A DNA stretch of 32,000 bases, taken from NCBI RefSeq assembly GCF_018398935.1, contig NZ_CP074694.1:4050001-4082000 (forward strand), read 5' to 3'. Source of the DNA: Telmatocola sphagniphila (GTDB lineage: Bacteria; Planctomycetota; Planctomycetia; Gemmatales; Gemmataceae). The translations under genes and the position numbers were made by a program. Of this stretch, positions 1-5,700 are shown piece by piece; the stretch's first letter is position 1, and each line of letters starts with the position of its first letter. The notes under the pieces are model-generated. The model made no database searches and was not told where the DNA came from. It worked only from the letters and a program-made list of their open reading frames with translations.

Positions 1-152
1 AAAGTAGCCGGGGAATTCGTCCAACCCACGATGATCGAATGGGGATCATAAGGAGCTGAATTGATCAGCGAGATGGGTGTGGCTGCGCTTAAAAGATCGC
101 GTGCTTCAAGAGCTTCCACCCCCAGAGGACGGGTGGTCTGTGGGATTCGCAT
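1..152 (-). CDS. N-terminal ~50 codons of a CDS that continues past the left edge (probable secreted/envelope protein; function not assignable)
   Basis: Minus-strand frame is open from the ATG at 152-150 to the window edge: MRIPQTTRPLGVEALEARDLLSAATPISLINSAPYDPHSIIVGWTNSPAT... It is absent from the ORF track because no stop lies inside the window. From memory, an 'LEALEARDLLS'-type motif recurs near the N-terminus of many large planctomycetal extracellular proteins. Confidence 0.4.
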   Translation of the reverse strand, partial: MRIPQTTRPLGVEALEARDLLSAATPISLINSAPYDPHSIIVGWTNSPAT

Positions 153-588
153 GGTGCCTTCTCAGGGTGATAATCTGCATAAACTTTGACGGTCGGCTAA
201 ACTTAACCGGTGGTTGCTAAAGTGCTTTGCGCCGGGGTTCTGCCATCTGCACGCTCCATGCTAGTTTGAAACGTTTTAGCCGTCAAAAGGAAAGAACCGG
301 TAGTGCCGTCCGGGATAAGTCTCTGGTGGTCGGACAATCCGCAGAAACGCCAAGGTCGAACTGTTCCTAAAAGAATGTTGCGGTTTGGTTTAAAGAAATG
401 AATTAAGCGAGTTCGCACACACTAAAGCAAGGACATCGGAAAGGATGTGCGATTCCCAGAGTATTCCGCAGGGATAAGTTACGATTTAGCTACGCAACGC
501 CGTATTTGGAAAAAGGGTTGAGAATTTATGTCGGCGGGTTGGAAAATGCTGGAAATAAAAGTTATCCGGTACACTATCATATCCTACC

Positions 589-2748
589 ATGAGCGACGCC
601 GGGACTCTTCAAGATTCGTACCGCCACTGCTGGAGGGTGGTTCAACAGGCGCGGAGCAACTTTGGTTTTGCCTTTCTCATTCTCCCCCGATCGCAGCGCC
701 GGGCCATGCATGCGATTTATGCCTTCATGCGTATTACCGATGACATTGGGGACGATTCCGTCACAGCGGAAAAAGAATTGTCGTTGAACCTGTGGGAACA
801 GCAATTCGAAAGCATGCTGCGTGGGGAGTATCATCACCCGATCCACCCCGCCCTTCACGATACTCTGAAGCGTTATCCGGGTATCGATCCGCAGTGGTTC
901 CGAGAGGTATTTGCCGGAGTTCAATCCGATCTGGCCCCAAAAAGTTATTCCAGCCTGCAGGAGTTGAATCAGTACTGCTATCAGGTGGCCGGGGTTGTGG
1001 GTTTAATCTGCCTGCCGATCTGGGGTTGCGCTTCGAGATTCGCCTATCCACTGGCCATCGCCGCCGGGCAAGCATTTCAGCTGACGAATATCTTGCGGGA
1101 TCGCGATGAAGACCAGCGGAATCAACGTGTGTATTTCGATCCTTCGCGAATTGCTCTTGCGGATCTGGAGACACAAATCGAAGAGGATTATCGGAAAGCC
1201 CTGGGGTTGCTGCCGTTACTGCCACTACCCGGTCGAGCCATATTCGAAGTGATGTGGAACACCTATCATTCGATTTTTCTGAAGTTGAAATCGCGAAATT
1301 TTGAACCGGGATCAAGACCACGAATTTCGAAAACCCGCAAACTGGCGATTTTTGCCCGGGCACTGCCGACTCGATTGGGTTGGTCCATAGTCGTCCCGAA
1401 AGCTCAAAAAAAAGATCTCCTGAAACACCCTCCCCAACCCAAATCCGTGCTTGTGCTTGGCGGCGGCCTGGCGGGACTCTCCGCGGCCGTGAAACTTGCC
1501 AGCTCCGGCCATCAGGTCACCTTACTGGAATCGAAAAATCGGCTGGGGGGACGGGCGGGTTCTTTTCAGGATGCGATTAGCGGCCAGAAAATCGATGCCT
1601 GCCAGCACGTCACCTTGGGCTGCTGTACCGCCTTCGCCGAGTACTGTCGCATTACAGGAACCGAAGAGTTGCTCGAAAAGCAGAGCGAGCTCTATTTCCA
1701 GGCTTCCGATCGCCGCGTCGATATTTTTAGCGGGGATGCTCTTCCCGCGCCTTTTCATCTGGGCCGGGCCTTCCTGCGGTTGCGATTTCTGACAGCTCTG
1801 GAAAAGATCCAGGTAGCCTATGGGCTTTCGCATCTGGTCAGAAAGTCCGCACAGCAAGATCCTCCTTTTTTGCCCTGGCTAAAAGCGCATTATCAATCTC
1901 CAAGGACCATCGAAAGATTCTGGAACGTGGTTCTGGTCAGTGCGCTCAATATGCGTGTGGAAGAAGTCGGGCTGAAATATGCTCGCAAAGTCTTCCGGGA
2001 AGCCTTCTGGGTTAATCGGGAAGGACTGAATATCTCGCTCCCTAAAACATCACTCGATTCCCTCTACGGCGAGACGCTGCGTCATTGGTTCGATCGCCAC
2101 TCCGTTCGGCTGGAGTTGAATGCAGGAGTGCAGCAGATTTCATTCGACCGCTATCATCGAGCGACCTCAGTCACCCTGCATGATGGACGGCAGTTTGCAG
2201 CCGATGCAATCATTTCCGCATTACCCTTTGAAAGGCTCCTCGATCTCCTACCGCATGAACTCGTAGGTAATCAAATGAGCTCCGATCTGGCGAAACTGGA
2301 ATTCTCCCCGATCACCAGTGTTCATCTGTGGTTCGATCAATCGATCCTGCAGCGACCCCACGTTGCACTGGTCGATTGCCTCGGCCAGTGGATATTTAAT
2401 CGGGGGGAGAGTTCACCGGGTGAATACTATTTGCAAGTGGTAATTTCCGCGAGCAATCGCACCTTCCCCGGCAAAAGCAACGACGAGATCAAATCGGCGA
2501 TTCAGGAAGAATTGAAGCGTCTCTATCCCCTGACAGAGCGGGCGCGATTGCTTCGTTCTAGAGTTGTGACCGAACGCCGGGCGACCTTTGCCCCTGTTCC
2601 CGGCGTCGATCGACTAAGACCGGGACAGGATATCGGCTTTAAGAATTTTTTCTTGGCGGGAGATTACACTCAGACCGGTTGGCCAGCCACTATGGAAGGG
2701 GCCGTCCGCAGCGGTTTTCTCGCTGCGGCTCGGGTAGCTAGCAGCTGA
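589..2748 (+). CDS. Fusion protein: squalene/phytoene-synthase-fold domain (HpnC/HpnD type) plus FAD-dependent HpnE-like (hydroxysqualene oxidoreductase / amine-oxidase family) domain
   Basis: 719-aa ORF with ATG at 589. aa 1-~265 carry head-to-head prenyl synthase motifs: 'ARSNFGFAFLILP', Asp-rich 1 'FMRITDDIGDD' (nt 733-756), 'YCYQVAGVVGL', and Asp-rich 2 'NILRDRDEDQRNQRVYF' (nt 1087-1116). aa ~285-719 carry the FAD Rossmann motif 'VLVLGGGLAGLSAAVKLASSGHQVTLLESKNRLGGRA' (from nt 1441) and the C-terminal 'FFLAGDYTQTGWPATMEGAVRSG' typical of HpnE/phytoene-desaturase-type flavoenzymes. Confidence 0.85.
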   Translation: MSDAGTLQDSYRHCWRVVQQARSNFGFAFLILPRSQRRAMHAIYAFMRITDDIGDDSVTAEKELSLNLWEQQFESMLRGEYHHPIHPALHDTLKRYPGIDPQWFREVFAGVQSDLAPKSYSSLQELNQYCYQVAGVVGLICLPIWGCASRFAYPLAIAAGQAFQLTNILRDRDEDQRNQRVYFDPSRIALADLETQIEEDYRKALGLLPLLPLPGRAIFEVMWNTYHSIFLKLKSRNFEPGSRPRISKTRKLAIFARALPTRLGWSIVVPKAQKKDLLKHPPQPKSVLVLGGGLAGLSAAVKLASSGHQVTLLESKNRLGGRAGSFQDAISGQKIDACQHVTLGCCTAFAEYCRITGTEELLEKQSELYFQASDRRVDIFSGDALPAPFHLGRAFLRLRFLTALEKIQVAYGLSHLVRKSAQQDPPFLPWLKAHYQSPRTIERFWNVVLVSALNMRVEEVGLKYARKVFREAFWVNREGLNISLPKTSLDSLYGETLRHWFDRHSVRLELNAGVQQISFDRYHRATSVTLHDGRQFAADAIISALPFERLLDLLPHELVGNQMSSDLAKLEFSPITSVHLWFDQSILQRPHVALVDCLGQWIFNRGESSPGEYYLQVVISASNRTFPGKSNDEIKSAIQEELKRLYPLTERARLLRSRVVTERRATFAPVPGVDRLRPGQDIGFKNFFLAGDYTQTGWPATMEGAVRSGFLAAARVASS

Positions 2749-5700
2749 TCATTCCTGGGGCTTGATGGTAATCGCCAATGGATCGATCCAGGCTTTGTTA
2801 TCCGCGTTGTAGTAGAGATAAGCTCGGCTTGCGGGTCCCCGATAAACGCCCGGGGTTTCACAAACGAGATCAATCTTCAATTCCAGCTCTGCTTTGGGAG
2901 CCATTTCGCGCCAGTAGAGTACCAGTTCGCGACCGCGGATTTCAAAGTAACTGATCTTGTTCTCTTCCCTCAAGCGAGTGAGTTGCTTGAGATCGGTGGG
3001 AACTTTCGAACCGGCAGGGAGTCCCAGGATCGCCACCGACATGCCGTGCCCTTTATCGAGCTTGTTCTTCAACTTCATCGACATTTGAAGAGTGTCCCCC
3101 TCTTTCGCGACGGCTTTATCCAGACTCGTCTTCAATTCCAGGGCACACTCGTCCGAGCTCAAGGGCCTGGCCGTTCGACATTCCCAGGCGAGGGTATAGG
3201 GCAGCCCCTGTTTGGTATCGAGTTCCAGGCGAATATTTTTATTTTCGCCCTTGGTGAAGAGTTTTTCCGGGTCCATTACATCGAGTGTGATCACCTCGCG
3301 GTCAGCCGCACTAAAAACCTTTTCGGCGACTTTCTTGTCATTGACAAATAGAGTCAAAGTGCCCCCTTCGGGCATTTTCTTCTGGTCCTTCGTGTAGGCA
3401 ATCAGTGCTTTCAGAGCCAGGATGGTCGATTGTGTTGAACCAAAGCCGCCATAGCCGCCGCGTTGCCTCCCTAACCAGCGAATGGCCAACTGAATATTTT
3501 CGGTGAACAGTTCGGGACGGTTTGCCTTTAGCAAGGCCAGCACGGCCAAGCTGGTGGTTTCGATTTCGAGATCACGCCCCCCCGAGGAAGTGATGCTGGT
3601 GACCGCACCGGTAAATCGTCCGTCGGGCTTCAATTGTTTTTCCGTCGCTTTCTTCATCCAGGTAAGCCCGGCTTCGGTCTTACCGCGGTTGAACAATGCG
3701 TTGGCTAAGAGCGACAGGAAATACGGATCGTTCTCCGACTGAGCTTTCTTCTCGAGGGCTTCGAATTCCTTGCTGAGATCGATTTTCTCTTTGTTTTCGA
3801 GATCGCTCTCGGTGAGAGCCCAGACAATGTACGCATCCGTGACATGCTGGGGGGCTCGACCGAATGTATCGAGTGCTCGCTGATTGCGCTTGAAGCTGCC
3901 ATTGCCGTCGCGCTGACTCAGCAGGTAATCCCGGGTCCGCTTTATCATAAGGGGATCGACCTGCTGAACGTGAGACATATCGACGAACTGCAGGAGACCA
4001 TAAGCTGTCAAAGCTTCATGGGGAGGAGCAGTGCCGCCAAACCATTCGTAGCCCTGCCGTCCATCGTTGGTGACCTTCATGCATTCGAAGGAGGTCAGTT
4101 TCTGATAACCCCTTTCGAGCAGGTCCTTGGCTCGTTTGCTGACCTCCGGCTTGGCCTGATCGCTGGTCGACAAATAATCCAGGATCAGCGTATTCGGATA
4201 ATTGGAAGTCGAAGTTTGTTCGAAACATCCGCAGGGCTCCCGCAACAAGCCATCCAAGCCCGCTTGGAGATCGGCCAGTGTTGTCGGGAAGAGCTTCACC
4301 TGAACTTTCATGGTTCCAGGAAGAATGTCGCCAGGAACTTTAATCGTGGGTGTCGCCTTCTTATCCAAGAGATCGCTGACCTGACCGCTCACGGGAAAGC
4401 CATCCGGCACCACAGTCATGTGGCGGAGAATATGATCGCTGGGAGCGTCCAGACTGGTCGCATCCAGTTGCAGCGACAGGCTTCCGGAAGTCACTGCCGG
4501 TTTGAATGAATAGACTTTGCGATTCTTGCCATTGGCATCTAGAGCAATCGAATCGACCCAGCGGTCCCCTTCGCGTCTCAAGTCGCTCGGTAACAACTCC
4601 AGTCCTTGAGGATTCACCGAGAATTTGACTTCGCGCTGGGTGTCGGAATCGTTGACAATCCGAACAGGTACATCGACCTGATCCGCACTGGAAATTTCCA
4701 CGGGCAGTTTCGGATCGACGCTGAAAGGTTTGCGAGCTTCGATGGTGGAAACATTCGCGGCCACACGACCATCGAGTGTATGACCTGCCACCATCACCTG
4801 ATACCGTGTGACATCATCGGCGAGATCAAAATGTATAGTGATCTTACCGGTATCCGGGAGCACAATCACTGGGTTCCAATACACGGTCTCTGTAAAGTCA
4901 TTGCGCAGTTCGGGATTCGTCGCATCGGGCGTTTTCGTATGAGCATATTCGCGAACCACTAGGGCCCCGGGCATTACTTTTTGCATAGCGACGATTTGCC
5001 CGTTAACTTCCTCCCAAGCGGCCAGAAAATTCGCGGGAGCTGCTAACCCATTCGGACTGCGGAAGCCGCCTCCGCCTGGACCGCCAGCACCACCCCCGAT
5101 GTCAGGGAAGAAGCCACCACCACCCATCCCCGGCCCCGCGAAGCCGCCGGCCATGGGAGCTGCACCGGCTGCCATAACTTTCCGTTTACCGTCGAATTGT
5201 TCGCGATCCTTTGCCATGTCGCGATTTTTATCGAGATCTCCCGCCGGCTTCTGAGCCTGCTTCATCATCGCATTACGGGGCATCATGGGCCTGGCCATGT
5301 CCAGCTTCTTGGCATTATCGCCTCCTTTCAGGGCTTCCGGAGCGCCAACACCTTTATTCCCGCGGGCGATCATGGGAGCCATCCGCATTTCCGCTTTAGC
5401 AACCGGACCACCACCGAAACCTCCAAACCCGCCGCCTTGGGCGCCAGGAGCACCCCCAAAACCACCGCCGCCAAATTCCATCTTTTCCATCGGATTCATG
5501 GCAGCACCCGGCCTGAGTTCCGCTTCTTCCCGGAGCATCTGATCTAGATCGTCTTTGAAGATTCGAGCAGCTCCTATGGCCGCGGGTGCTGGCATCGTCG
5601 TCGCATCTCGAGAGAAATCGAGCGGTTTTTTGGTCACCTCGGAGCGATTCACGAGCAAGAAGGCGACTAGCGGAATCCCCGATAGTATTAATCCGACCCA

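Noticed and set aside
203-418. 71-aa minus-strand ORF in the first intergenic region.
   Set aside because: It has no motifs or start context and overlaps the candidate RNA helix, so it is more likely non-coding. A direct repeat of GGGATAAGT (312-320 and 471-479) in the same region is short enough to be chance.
761-1363. 200-aa minus-strand ORF, plus other small ORFs overlapping the squalene-synthase/HpnE fusion gene.
   Set aside because: It is antisense to a gene with clear catalytic motifs, and its translation is featureless.
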